Shown in pieces: positions 1-14,100 of a stretch of 64,000 nt of DNA (positions are counted from its first letter, which is position 1; each line of letters starts with the position of its first letter). The notes beneath the pieces are model-generated. The model did not search any database and was not told the origin of the DNA. It was given only the letters and a program-made list of their open reading frames with translations. The stretch comes from Syncephalis fuscata S228 (lineage: Eukaryota; Fungi; Zoopagomycota), in contig JAHLTZ010000023.1 of assembly GCA_025786725.1 (NCBI GenBank), positions 248,001 through 312,000 of the forward strand, in the 5' to 3' direction. The position numbers were made by a program, and so were the translations under genes.

Positions 1-75
1 TCATCACCTCATAACATGAGAGATGGCTTCCACCCAGCACCATCCGCCCCTGCTACTGCCACCTCTAATGTTTAA
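1..75 (+). CDS. Probable C-terminal end of a gene entering the window (SSPHNMRDGFHPAPSAPATATSNV*)
   Basis: Open, GC-richer frame 1 ending TAA at 73-75, followed by T-rich 3'UTR-like sequence. Confidence 0.35.
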   Translation, partial: SSPHNMRDGFHPAPSAPATATSNV

Positions 76-1195
76 GATTAATACTTAAAAAAAAGACTAC
101 TGCTTCTTTGTATTTCTTAGTTTCATTTCATTTCGCTTCTTTAACTCTTTCTTTTTTTCTTTTCTTACGTGCTATTTCTTTTCTTTATTTTCTTTTTAAA
201 CTTTAGACAATCTTTTTTCATTTTATGTACTGTTTTGGCGACAATCTTTTATATTGTTTTTACTATTGTTGCTATAATTATGGCACTATTCGCTGTTCCT
301 TGATTGATTGGCAGATTGGTATTTAAAAAACTGCCTTATGCAGATTATTATCCATTCTACCAATAGTTTCTGATTCTATGTGTTTGCACTTGAAGCGCGC
401 ATGCTGAGTCATTGCATATTCCTACTGTTGTATGCAAAAGTATTAATAATGTTTTAAGATTTGAATAAGCCATATAAGAGGCATATTCATCGAGTATTAT
501 TATCTTTAAATAACTGACTGCTACTGCTACTGCTACTACTATACCACATTGCTACCACAACTAATATTGTTGTCGTTTTTTCCACACAATCATGAATGGA
601 ACATTAAACCTTGATTACATCTATTATATACAACAAATACATATTATAACAACATTATAACTAAATAATAGATTAATTAAACAACTACTAATTAATACAT
701 TATTAAATAACGAGTACAAATAAAATTATAGAAATAATCATAAATAGTAGCAATAATACTAACATTAACAAATCTATATTAAAATACTAGAAAAATATTA
801 GTATTAATTATGGTCATAACAATAGATTTGTATTGGTACCAATATTATTAATAAAAATTAATAGCGTAAACATTAATAAAAGGTAATAGTAAGCATTGGT
901 AGTACTTAATAATAAGATACCAAGTCTTTGTTATAATAATAGTTATAATGATAATTGTAATTGTAATAGTAAAAATAGCATAGTAATAGCATCAATTATA
1001 GCATCAAAAAGCGCGCATCAAAATGGAAAGACTTGAAAATAAAATGGTAATCTCAGTTATCGTTACCGTTGAGATGAGCTAATTAATTAAATAATTTGGT
1101 CATCAAAGAAAAAAGTGCAAATGCTCAGTAAACATGAGAATCGAAAGGAAATGAAAAAACAATAACAGAGATAGTTGGTATTAGAGTGCAATGCA

Positions 1196-3538
1196 TTAAT
1201 TACCAGTTGTAGATAATTGAAAGCGAGGTGAGATAGAGGGCTGGAATACAGTGGTTGGTTTCCAGCGTGTCATAGTAGGCGCACTATCCCGTCGAGTCAT
1301 ACTTATTGGAGGAAGTATGGGTGCAGTCGCACTATTACCACTGCTATGATTGCCATTGCTATGCTGGTGATTGCCATTTGTCTTTGACCACTCTTTACTG
1401 CGTATATCGCCATCTCCTTTTGGTGTGCCATCAATGGAAGGTGGAGTGGCCATCCAATAAGGATGGGATCGACGAGTGGGACTGGCGTGCCGATACACCT
1501 TTGAAGTGGTGATAGTGAGTAGCCATTGCTGTTGGCATCTGTTGGTGTGCCTGGTGCACGCTGAGGATGTTCAATAGGTGAAATAGGTGCGTGATGCATG
1601 TTACTATGCTCATTAACACCGTTATCAAGTGTATTACCATAGAGTGGTGAACGGTGGCCCGGTGATGAAGGCGAGAAAGAATGTGGCGAGTGCGGTGAGT
1701 GAGGGGAGTGTGCCGGCTGCTGTTGGCCAGAGCCATGGCCCATATGAAAATAGCCTGGATGGGGTATCGATAGACTGGACTTTCTACGCAAAGCCGTATG
1801 AAATAGATGTGGTGTTGAGGCAGATCGTGGACGATAGAATCGTAAACTTGATGGCGCATGATCCATCATTCTGTTGTTGCCATTGCCTGGTGTCAAATAA
1901 TTAACTGTAGTCATGGCTTGTAATGCATGTTGCTGCTGATGTTGATGATGCTGATGATCCTTATAAGCATGTTCTTTGTCAACCAAATGATTAGGTTGCA
2001 CTTGGCAGTCAATACATTCTGTTTCCATGGGTGATGATTCATTTGTCCAATGTGATGCTGTACTATTTGATAATGGTGATGCCGGCACTGGATATGGACG
2101 TGGATAGCGATTTGATTCATACGGTGATGAGGAAATTGAATGGCTATCAGGTGAGGCCGCTACAGCTGTAGTAATTGCCGTAGTCATAGTGCTGGTATTG
2201 ACCGTATCGTTAGCATGCGATAGATAATGTTCACTATAAGATCCTTCTTGCATTGAATGTTTTCGCTGCATAGGATATGATGCATTTCTATCCAGCTCAT
2301 TGCCGGCCAACAACGTAGAAAGTGATGGCAATTGAATTGACGATGGTGCTCGTGAACGGCCATGTCTATCTGGAATAGATGAAGTGGAGACTGTACGAGA
2401 TAACAGTCTACTGGCCGGCATAGGAGGAAGTGGGCCAGCTGACGAGCGAGAACAGACAGCGCGGTCTGTAGGTGCAAATTGATTATACGCTGGTTGCACT
2501 TGTTGTGTTTGCTGTGGTCGTTGCTGTTGTGGATTTTGATACTGCAAAGAGTATCGACGTTGATAGAAATGATCAGGTGCATGAGGAGCTGCAGATGATA
2601 TACCATGAGTGGCTGCAGATGCATAAGGTGAAATGCAATTGGGCTGAATACGGAAACAATTGACTGATGATGTACCGCCTACAGTCGATTCATTAGTCGA
2701 TGCTATACCAGTAGCTGCATTAGTACGATGTTTAGTCATGCACTAAAACCATGGCTATTAAGTGGGCTGCCATTGCCAGTATGATGAGTACCAGCATGGA
2801 TGGTCGTGCCTGTTGACAAGATGTCGGATGATAATGCAGACGCATGGCCTCTGCCTTGTGAGGTAGCAAATCGCCACGCCTCAACACCATCCTGTCCAAC
2901 TTCACGCGTTAATGCCGGATAAACACCCTCGGCCAATTGCAAATTACGTAGACGGTCGTCAAATCGTGGCACGGATAAGCAACCGGCTTCAAGGTCCTTT
3001 GACATATAGTAGGATACGAGGTGGTAGCGACGACCATCAGAGATAGTGATGGAGAGGGCACGTTTGATTAATCCATTAGGCTTGGCAGGTACGCGTATAC
3101 CGGCCGAGGTCAATACACCTGGTCCTAATAAATTATTATTATTGGTATTATTACTACTATTATTAGATGGTGTTGCTGCCAACATCGACGTATCAGTTTG
3201 ATGACTTATATCGTCTGTTGATTCAGGAGATGATGGAGACGACGACGACGACGACTTTTGTTGCTGTTGTTTTAATTCATCGATTTCCGAATCCTCACAC
3301 AATTCTCGATAGATAATAAAATTGCCACGAGGCCGAGACGATGACCAACGACGACCATCAGTCCATCGTTGAATACCAGAGGCTTTTCATCCCATACAAA
3401 TATTTGTCCAGAATGAATATTGGTTCGTTCAACTTCATCAAGTCGTTTTGTTACAAATTTTAGTACATTTGTACGACAGCCTTCAAGTAGTAATAAAGCA
3501 TCGAGTGCTGTTTCCATATAGCCGTTATATGTTTCCAT
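1196..3538 (-). CDS. Gti1/Pac2 (WOPR) family transcription factor, paralog 1, intronless, with three apparent single-base frameshifts (~3385, ~2739, ~1502)
   Basis: METYNGYMETALDALLLLEGCR..RLDEVERTNIHSGQIFVWDE; shifted frame gives ASGIQRWTDGRRWSSSRPRGNFIIYREL, then GLIKRALSI..GRRYHLVSYY (WOPRa/b boxes); low-complexity S/H/Q/P-rich C-terminus. Joins ORFs 3272-3547, 2736-3302, 1303-2739 and 1196-1498. Confidence 0.85.
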
Positions 3539-5224
3539 TCTTGCCAACTAACTATTTACGATGAAATAATAAATTATATAAACAAAGAATAAGCACAGGA
3601 CTATGTAGATATCAATTGAAAGAATCGGATCAAGGATCGTATGATAGTGAAAGTAAAGGTTGGCACGATGCCAATTAAGTACGTTTGGGCGATTTTGACA
3701 AAAGTATGGACAAGTCAAAGTAGAAAGGAAGGAAGAAAAGTGAAAGAACCAAGCGAACAAACAAGTGAGCAACTGGGCGGCAGCTAAAAAGTACGTATAC
3801 AGTTAAACGTATACGATAACACACAGGTACGCGCGCAAAGAGAGATAGATAAACACAATGATACAACTATAAGTTGAATCTTTTAAGGTAGCGGAAAGGC
3901 GGAAAGGTCAAGAGATAGCGAGCTATTGTAAAAGTCACACTTGACAATAGTCGATACAAATCCGTGCACAAATGTATCGACAAGAAAGAAAGGAAAATTG
4001 AGGCTACGACTTACTACTGTGCGCGTGTACGTGTACCGGCAATAGCAGTCTTTAAATAAACGAAGAAAAGTGAAGTAGGCACAAACGAAAACAAATCGTA
4101 TAGGCGGATGGTGTGTACGGTTGATTGGATTGCTAATAATAATAATAATAATAATAGTTATAAATGTCCAAGGATATTAAAATAATACTAACACGAGTAA
4201 GTATGTGTGTGTGTGTTAAAAAAACTGGGTTTTAGCTAAAAAGAACAAGAGCGATAACGAACTAGTGGCATGGCACTGTGCACAGGGTGCGTGATTTAAC
4301 TGTGATGGCGATAATCGCCGAGCAAAATGCAAAGAGACAAGGCAATGGGAACTTGACGGAACGGGAAGTTTTAGGGAACGCGGCAACTACTATTATAGAC
4401 GTGTCACCGATATGGAGTATAAGCGGTGTTTGTATTATGATGGTCGGAGGAAAGTAATGCACATAGGAATATAATAAGATACTGTTGTCGCACGCCCATG
4501 ATTTACATGCGTCTGTTGATAACAACGATAGAACGTGCAAAGCATAGCAAAGCAAGCAAAGCGCTATAGTACGGAAATAAATAAGCCATGCATTGACGAG
4601 ACAAAAATAACGAAAATAAGGCCGGATTCGTAAAGGCCCCCGCCCGCACGGACATGTGTGCGTGGTGCGTGTGCGTGGTCGCCATTTGCCAGCACCGAAA
4701 ATATGGAACGAGTAACACATAGAATAACATGGGTAACGCAAACGAAAATACTCCGATACTTTTGGGATAAGCAAGTAGTGAAGCGGGATGATAAAAAGTA
4801 TAGCCGACAAATTAATAATAAAAATACACCCACGCGGCAAAGTAACTAAAAAGTAATACTCGGCAAATAAGAAGGGAAATAAAACATGATTGAATCATGA
4901 TATTGATGATAATAATAGTAATAAAAGCTGGGTATAGTTATTGATGTATGGCTATTGCTGTGCATTGTTATATGGATTTGTTGATGTTGTATAATTATTT
5001 TGTATCAATAAAATAAAATATCAATGTGCAACAATATATTGCCATCATCATTGTGCTAGTAATGATGCTTGTAGCAATGCTGGCAATTGCGATAGTGGAA
5101 GAGACCTAAAAAAAGCAAGGAAAAGAGGTAACGCACACACATATATCCATATCAAAGTAAAAAACAAGCCGACGAGCGCACAAACGAACGAATCAACAAA
5201 CTAGTCTTAGCCTTATGGGTGTAC

Positions 5225-5590
5225 AAGACATACGCACACGCGTATGTATGTGTGTATGTATGTACGTATGTGTGTGCGTGCGTATGTATGTACCTATCCA
5301 TGTAGTGTACAATGTGTATGTAGTATGGTTCTGTGGCTATGCATGTCCAGTTATTGCCGACTGGGGAATAAGAGACCACTGTGCATCATTGTACACGTTG
5401 TAGTTACTACGTGCGAAGATCATTATGCGACCATAAAAATAATATTAAAAATAAGCTGGACCAAATAGCTATAATCGTCGTCGTCCCCTCGCCAAATAAG
5501 GTTGACGGATTGCCAAAGATGTAAGCTAGTCTGTGTATTTTCTGTGTGTGTATACGTATACGTGTGTATGTGTATGTGTATATGTGTGCA
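5225..5590. repeat. Alternating purine-pyrimidine microsatellite clusters (TGTA/TGTG/CGTA) at ~5225-5295 and ~5540-5590
   Basis: gtatgtatgtgtgtatgtatgtacgtatgtgtgtgcgtgcgtatgtatg seen directly. Confidence 0.7.
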
Positions 5591-7129
5591 CGGGCACCAT
5601 TAACAAGTCCTACAATCAATAAAAGATGGGTCGCGACCAGAAATGGCAACTCCCAGTGGCGAAAAAGCCTGTTGCTGTTTTACGAGAATGAACCTCGGTG
5701 CTAACGCAAGGAACATCATCAGGTTCAGGTGTTGCTTTTACGTGTAACCGAACGACAATGCAAGTTGACGAATAGGCTCTGGTGTTTACGACTACCATTT
5801 TAGGACGTGTAAATCAAACGGGTCCAGAACGAGATCGTACTAATTTTGGCAATTCATCTCGGAAAGTAAAAAACGACTAAAGCATGCAAACTTGTGTGTA
5901 AAGAAATATCGGAATTTCAATAAAGTAAATGTTATTGCAGATAAAGAAAGCATCCGATTGGAAGTTAAATCGTTGTAGTAAAATAGAATTCGATTAGAAT
6001 ATGTATTAGGCGGATAAAAATGGAAAGGAAAATAAGAGTACAAAACAAACGGACATATTATGTCCAGTCGTGAAATAAGAAATTATTACTAATAAAACGT
6101 TGCTTAAATTGTTAATAAGTAATAAACAATAAATAATCAGCAACCTTACAACAAAAGAGTAATTAACGATAGTATGACAGCAATATTACTAATGCATAAT
6201 TATATCCATCGATCATATGATATGCCACAATAAGCTGCAGTGCTGCGTTGTTTAAACTCCGATAAATGGATGAAATAAGATAGTAAGAATGAAAATAATG
6301 CTTACCCTTCACTTGAATATTTACTTACTTACTGGTCAACCGCCAATTAAATAGTAGACTAGTGTGCGGGGATGACAACTATAATGACGATTACGGTTAT
6401 TATTACTATACCTGTTATTGCTGTGGTTTGATACTATTGGTGTTTTTGAAACTAAGTATGGACGGCAAGTTATTGCGCTATTTAAATTATTCTCAAATAA
6501 TTGTCGTTTTGGTTGATTTACCTGTAAAGTTGAGAAAGTCGGTTCCCAGTCCACAGCATAATCTCTTGTTGTTACAAAGAAAACAGGTGAGAAAAGATAG
6601 AAAAGGCCGATAAGCATCAATGTTATATTTTGTGCGATGCACCGTCTCCTTGGATGCCATGATAATTTTCACCTTTTGCTCTACTGCATACCAACCAGTT
6701 GGAATGTCAGTATTACAAAAATGGCATTAACGTTTCGTTGACCATTTCAAGCCATTAATACCATTCCCATACATGTATAATCATATTCACACGCTTACTT
6801 ATAAACAATAGAACGAGCAAGCGAAGACAATACGTGCACAATCGTTAAGATGTCGACTTAGCAACATTATTTAAGCTCCGACACTATGTACACACGATAC
6901 TCATTGAATTATTGTGTATCATTACCGGCTTATGATTACGCGGATTATTTAGGGAACATTTTAAATTAGTTACTATATATATATATATATACTGCTTTAT
7001 AGATGAGTTTTAATTGTTGACATCACATGTGTAGGTCACGGCAGTAAAGTTGCCGAAAGTGCAAACTAACTGAGATTGAATTAAACAGTCAATGTAGTCG
7101 GACTAGCAGCAGCACCTTATACGTGTTGC

Positions 7130-7490
7130 ACCGACTAAGGGCCATATCGTTGGTACTCGTCATTTTGTGAGTCAGGTTTTAGTTACCTTGTAATGTACGG
7201 TACATAGATAGTAGTAATAAATATGAAAGAAAGAAAGAAAAAGAGACAAAAATAGATACATTGTCATACATTGCCTTAAGCGCCCACAATTTCGGTGTAG
7301 ATAAGATCATTTGTATTTTTATTAGTTTTGTCTTTGCTGTATAATAACATGCAAGTCAGTTGCATTATTGATATGCAATTACGGTGTACACATGTCATAC
7401 AATGAAAATAACGATGAATACTAGTGCAAACAATAAAACGTTAATTAATTAATACTCAAACTAGATGGGTGAAGGTGGCATTGCCACACT
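7130..7490 (+). repeat. Diverged local duplication, copy A (partner ~8155-8500)
   Basis: Collinear shared blocks taccttgtaatg, cattgcctt, gatcatttgtat, atacaatga, actagtgcaa, aatactcaaa. Confidence 0.75.
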
Positions 7491-8154
7491 GTTACACTTT
7501 GGTTTTAAAAGCTGTAAACTACATGAATATGTAGCACCTTATCATGGAATTATTCTATGACACTAGCCTTTGATGTTTGCTAATATTTACTTTACCGCTT
7601 ATAATACAGCGTACTGGTTGGTTAGGATTGTTATTGCTAATAGGTTTATTCATTAGTTGTCATTGATTTCTGCAGTTTAATTGTAACAAATTGAATAAAT
7701 TTGTAATGCTAAAGAAAAATAAAATGTAATCAAATATTTATATTATTTATTAATATTGAATTTAATTAATAATAAAACTTGAATGTTGTGTACTATTGTA
7801 TTTTTAACGCAGTGCTATTACTTTACATTTTCAAAGTATAATTTTGTCTAGCTAATAAAGTGCTAATTAAATTGTAAGCTAAATATTAAAAAAACTTTAT
7901 TATTAAAGCCATGTTATTATACTTGGCCATAGTGATTTTGACGACTCATGTAAATAATACTATGACAATAACTAGTAACTATTTAACTGTATACTTATAT
8001 ACTATTTATTGTAGTAATTAGTATTAATATTCAATATATTATTTATACTTCATTTAGTTGGACTACATACCATTTGTAAATAGTACGTTTCTTAATCACA
8101 CGATCATAACAGCTAATCATAATATTAAGATAGTGGCAATACCGAAACAACATC

Positions 8155-8500
8155 AATCAAAGGTCGCACACCACTAGTGCGCATTATCTGCAAGCCAAGG
8201 CTTAGCTACCTTGTAATGCATGACGCATAAATAATAATGAATGGAAATAAAATACAAAAAATAAATACACAGCCATCCATTGCCTTGACGCCTTTGATTT
8301 CAATGTGGATACGATCATTTGTATCTGTGCTGGCTTCGTCCTGTCGTACAACAACATGCGAAACAATTGCATACCGATAATGCAATTATAGTAAATACAT
8401 GTTATACAATGACAGCAATAATAAGGACTAGTGCAAGCAATCAAAACCAATAAATTAAATAATACTCAAATTATATAGATAAAGACGGTATTAGGATACT
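8155..8500 (+). repeat. Diverged local duplication, copy B (partner ~7130-7490)
   Basis: Same collinear blocks as copy A; differences are mostly transitions. Confidence 0.75.
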
Positions 8501-8864
8501 ATAGGATCCAAATAAAAAATACCATAACAGTGATTTAATAGTTGTTTAGCAATTAGTTTAAATGCTATGTTGACAAATGGGTCTAGTGTAGCGAAACATT
8601 AGCTGGTTCGAAACAAAAATTTACTGAAAGCGTTTATGGACGCGATAACTGTGCCATGCACATTGCAGAATAGGCAAAAAAGTATAATCCTTGAATACTG
8701 AAAAATAATGAAAAAACAAAAAAAGATGAACAAAGGCTGTCGCAAGTGCCACATGAAGCATGAAAAATCCATTACACAGACTTCTAAAAGAAAGAAGGAA
8801 AGAAGGAAAGAAGGAAAGAGAAAAAGAAAAAGACTACTTCTATAATTGTCTGGTAGAAATTAAG

Positions 8865-11145
8865 TTACACAACAACTCGCTCAAACACATTGGGCTGAGT
8901 GCCAGGCGCGGTAGAAATACCATTACGGCTGGGTGGAGCCGTCCAAGGTAATTGTTGTTGCTGATGGTGACCAGCAAATTGAGGCGGCTGCATAACTGGA
9001 GCAGAGTGTGGATGTTTCACTTCTGTGTCTGGAAATCTTGCCAGCATTCTGTGCTGTGTTGGCTGCTGCTGCTGCTGTTGTTCAGATGAATAGCGGGATA
9101 CAGGGGGCGCGATAGTGGCTGCATACGGCGATGCAAGTGGTGACTGTTGTACATGGCGTGGTGAATAGCGAGCAGATGATGCCGTAAAGCCACGTTGGCT
9201 TTCATAGGTATCATGGCTGTTAGTGCGTCGGTAAGGGTGCATACGATGTGGTGAATTCGAGTCCATTCGCATAACATGTACCTGTTGCGCGGTATAGGGC
9301 GGCGAGCGTAATGGAAGCGAATGCATCGGTGAAGAGGACGAGCGATAGCTTATAGGATGCGGCTGTGGCGGTGGCAATCCTTGTGTGTATGCGCTATGAT
9401 GCATTGCATGCGTAGGCTTTGGCTGGGGGAAGTGAGCCGGCGCACGGTAAAAGCACGATTGACAGTGTGGATCGGTGCAAGGGCCACTTGCCGCACCATG
9501 ATAGGCCGGTGATGGCGTATCTGGCTTGCTATAGTGTGGCCAGTTGTCTTCAACACGAGCTCCAGCCATCGATGGCAAATGACGTTGCGACTGGTTGGGC
9601 GTAAGTGGTATAGCGTGTGGGTATGACGCTGGCCTCCAGTTGTGCTGTTGCTGCTGTTGCTGATAGTGATGATCTGCCCACGAGTGTGATCGTTCAGCTG
9701 GTGTACTTGACATACGAGATGACACTGAGGCTGTTGGAGTAACACTTGGTGTTAATGAATAACGGCCAGGTGTCATTGAAGATCGGCTATGTGCCAATTC
9801 AGAACGATTATATGCTGCACCATTGGCTGAACCAGCGCGCTGTGCTTGATTATGGCATTGTGGGCAATCGCAATTGGCCTCCCAATGACCCACCGCGCTG
9901 TGTCCATGTGGTACTCGGTGATCAATATACGGGCTGGCAGAGGGTACTCTTGGCGTGTGATGAATGGAATTATTCAAAACAGCATGAGAGTGAGTTGGAA
10001 CTGCGTCGGATGCTCCGTAAGGTGGAGTACGCTGAGGGGTAGCAAGGGGGACATTTGTCTATTAAAATCATTATTGCTGATTAGCACCAAATACTTAAAT
10101 GACTTTGTTAAACAACGTTACATACCTGTGGCTTTTGATGGAAAATAATTTGCTGTTCGTAGCTATTTTCAGCAACTGGTTTGTTTGAAATCACTTTTGG
10201 TGAAACACTGGCTGTCAGCGATGATTTACTGTCCTTGGTGCTTGACTGTTCCTCGGCACTGGCCTCCGATGAAACTTCTTCAACCGGTTCAGCTTCTTTT
10301 GCTGGCGAAGGAGAAGAAGAGTTTTCACTGCGTGCTGGTGTCGTTTTTCCTTCACGCATGCCAGCAGCATAGGCATGGCCACGGCCTTGCGCTTCAGCAA
10401 AACGCCAGGTTGTTCCGCCATTCAAGCTTGTCTCGCAAATGAGCTCGGGATAAAGATCTTTACGGATTTGAATGCCTTCGAAACGTGGATCCATGCGTGG
10501 AATCTGGAGTCGCTTTTGCTCAACTTCATTTGCAGTGTAATACGACACCATATGCATACGACGGCCATCGGCAGCGTTAATCGACAATGCACGCTTAATA
10601 AGTCCGCCGCGCAATACAGGATAGCTATTACGTGCAGTGTTGTATGAACGTGATGGCATCATTGTATCGCTATGCATTGTGTGCCACGAGCTATTTATAA
10701 CCTGGTTATAGCCTGAAGGCGAATTCATGGACCAGGAGGCCATGTGTCCGCTATTTCTATTGTTATACATTACAGATGGGTGATGACTATGTAAATGATG
10801 TAGATTATGCGGGTGAGCGGCAATAGGCGCTCCTGATGCCATACTATCACGCATCATGCCAGCATCTAATTCGTCGTAGACGATAAAGTTGCCGCATGGC
10901 CGGGACGACGACCAACGACGGCCATCAGTCCAGCGTAGAATACCAGCTTCGTCTTCATCCCAAATAAATACCACGCCAGAATGGATAAACTCTCTTTCTT
11001 CCCGTGTTAAGCGACGAGTAACACGTGGAATCTTGTTAAAAGAAAACGCTTCAAAAAGTATAAGCGCATCATAGACGGTGTCGACAAAACCTTCATAGGC
11101 GACCATAGACATGCCTCGAGGTTTTGTGATGGATGACTGAGACAT
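8865..11145 (-). CDS. Gti1/Pac2 (WOPR) family transcription factor, paralog 2; exons 11145-10127 and 10058-8865
   Basis: YEGFVDTVYDALILFEA..RRLTREEREFIHSGVVFIWDEDEAGILRWTDGRRWSSSR..GLIKRALSI..HMVSYY; phase-0 intron GTATGT..GCTAAT..TAG joins ORF 10108-11145 in frame to ORF 8865-9977. Confidence 0.92.
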
Positions 11146-14100
11146 GTTGTTGTTGTTATTGTTGTTGCTGCTAATCTTGCTTGTCGGAATCAGCTGGACT
11201 GGTTACTAGATGTGAAATAAAAATTAAAGTTAGATTTACCTAATCTACTATTTCCATTTATATATATATATTAAAAGCCCGTCAATAAAACGCGTTTTTG
11301 CTATGATACAAGTGCACATAAATGGATAGAGATGGCTATCCGACCATTTATACCCATAAAATTACCCTCCCTTTCACACACCCGTAAAGACTGCTGTGTA
11401 TAAAATGTATTTGTCCACTGCGCAAACAATATAGACTGCAAAAATAAAGCACGAACCTGCAATCGAATTTACAAGGCTGTATTAAGACTGCAATAATGTG
11501 TAATTTACGCAATTAAGTACACACTTTAGTGCACTTTTATGCCCACGTGAACAGTTGGAATGCCAATTACTGGTTTACAAGTTCACGTGCGGGTGCAATA
11601 AACGAGTAGTTCAAGTTGCAAAGCAATAGCCTTAGAGGCAATAGAGGAGAAAAGAAGAACAATAGCAAGAGTAAAACAAAAGAAATGGCAATAAAATAGG
11701 TCTTATCCAGCATAAGAAACAACGGAATAATTAAGGATTGAATATAGCAATAGGTGAATTTTAGCAACACATATATTTGGCAAGTAGCTTACGAATATGG
11801 CAGAAAACCAAGTACAAGTCGCTTGTTAGAGCTATGAGAAAAGATTAAGAACAAAAATAAAAGATACCACAAATAGATACAAGGCAAAGTAGGTGTAGTA
11901 ACGACTAAAGTAGGCAAACGCCAAATGGTGTCAAGTGAATAGAGGAGCAAATGGCACTGAGCGATTGTGTGCGTTGGCGGGGATAGTAATTATAATTACA
12001 ACTATTGCTCAGTGCGGCTATTCATGGTTTTACGCATTGTGGTACCTTATTAGTTTGCCAAGAATTTGTGGGTAATTAAAATATAATTTAGATAGGTAAA
12101 CTATCGCTTAGAATGGCATAGTAAAGGGAGAGGAAAATACCCGGTTTCTATCTCAGCTTAAAGGGCCGCGCATACCCCAATAACTTACCCCAAGATAACA
12201 AAGAGTTTTAATATGAAAATTGCTGTCTAACAAAAACGAAGAGTTTATGTGGGCGCGGTTGGACAAAGAAGAGTGTAGAAAACGAAGAGTTAGACTACGG
12301 TGAAGTAGGCAAAACTGTATGTATGAAAACGGCAATAATGATATTGGTGATGTGGAGCGCAATGATAATTTGAATTTAAAATACAATACCAAATTATTAC
12401 TCTGTTTAAATATAAATAATTGACACAGTGCCTTGGTAGCTTAATAATATAAGGATCACGAGAAATCGAAACTTGATACAATTGTATCAGACTTAATACA
12501 GCCATGTGTATACAAAAAATATGCCTATCAACCAAGATTGTTACAATAACAATAGAACACCAACCATTTCAGGAGCGCTAACGCATGGCCGCAACAGTCA
12601 TAGGCATTTGACATCGCAAGTATAGCAACATTACAACAAGTTGTATTTGCATGATGCCTTGTACCGAATAGGCACTATTGGAATGTACCTGAATCCAAAT
12701 ATCTGTGTCTGGATGTGATAGGGGGAGTAGCTGAAACTACACAGAGCCATGTGCACAACACATGAAACTTGGTACAGGTGTATATTATTAGCAATCGGAA
12801 TTAATCACGCTCAAGGGGTATCAAAGTGTTGGCAGCAAGTCAAGGGCGGTTATAGATGGCCATCAGCCACGATAAAATAACCAAATGTAAACATTTGGCT
12901 TGATCTGTTGCATATTTGCACTAATAATATGCAGTGCCAACCCCGGATTTAACCGACCAAGTGTATGGGATTGCTTACAAGGTTTTACATTTAATAATTA
13001 AGCTAATTAAAACCAGGGGAAAACAGCACTTTGTATACCACCACCTTGCGTGCCAATAGACTATACAAAATCGAGAAAAACAGAACTACAAGAACAGCAC
13101 GTGTTTGGTTGGGTTTTGGGTGGTTTTGAGTTCTTCTGCAAGAAAGCACACACCACCAGCTGGCCTATGCTGCCAGTTCTACGCTAACGTGCTATTAGAA
13201 ACATATGTCAAATAGTTTGATAGGAAATACTGGCCATAATAAGGCAATGGTGCTAAGACCAAATTCTAAAAAACCGCCACTATAGGCGTTATAATGGAAG
13301 GGCGATTATAGACATTGTGTGTTATTTTAACCGATAAACAAGTTTAATACCAAGACTCTATAAACATAGGTAGGACAAATGGCAACAAAGGTGGTCCATA
13401 ACACGCACTTTGGAAGAAGACTATGGGCTGGAGGGACATGGGTGCTTTAAAAAAGTCAAGCTAGAATCAGCCATTAAGCCCATCGGTCTAGAATCAACTG
13501 CTAGACCATAAGGTCCAGACAATGTAAATAGAAACAAAAGCATAAAACATCCAGGCGAGACGCACTCACTCAAAAAGCAACACTTACAGGTTTTTTAGCA
13601 CAGGAATAGCTTCCAGAGTTTCTGCGTAAGAATGAAAGGTGAAAAAAGTGTGATTTAATACGTAGAATAACTAAGTGGATGATAATAAAGCGATGAAATA
13701 ATAATGAAAATGGCTTGTTGATGAAGTATGAGGAGAAGGAAAAGCTACAAGATTGCCATTTCCCTATCGGCTAAATAACATTTTTTTCTAGTAGTACAGT
13801 CGTTCTAAAATCCCGGTTTAGCAGCCCGATTCCTTCAGACGACCATTCGACAGTGTTCGTATGATCGTGAATGATGCCAAAAATGAATGGTACTCCGCTT
13901 ATGGATGACGACCGTACGGATTTGCCTAATGGTTTTTTTTTGGTATTTAGAAGTATGAGATTTTGGTAATTCCCGAGTCGTGGCCCATGAAGCACAAGCA
14001 CAATTTGACCCCGCTACAAGTATCAAGCTGTACTTTCCAGCCTGATATTAGGCGGAGTATACAATAAAGCAAGTTTAAGGACCGCCTCAAGAAACGCTAT

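Noticed and set aside
1196-3538. WOPR paralog 1 as a pseudogene or as three separate genes
   Set aside because: All breaks are single missing bases of the kind also seen in the conserved Snf2 gene; there are no nonsense codons and the motifs are intact
4262-4840. 192-aa ORF upstream of WOPR1
   Set aside because: Non-ATG start, composition typical of non-coding DNA, no motifs
11218-11233. AAAAATTAAAGTTAG, resembling the Wor1/Ryp1 binding motif, upstream of WOPR2 (autoregulation)
   Set aside because: A single imperfect match in very AT-rich DNA is expected by chance
13400-13450. FGRRLWAGG peptide resembling the HTD2-type RRMWAGG motif
   Set aside because: Flanked by stops with no other family motifs; probably chance
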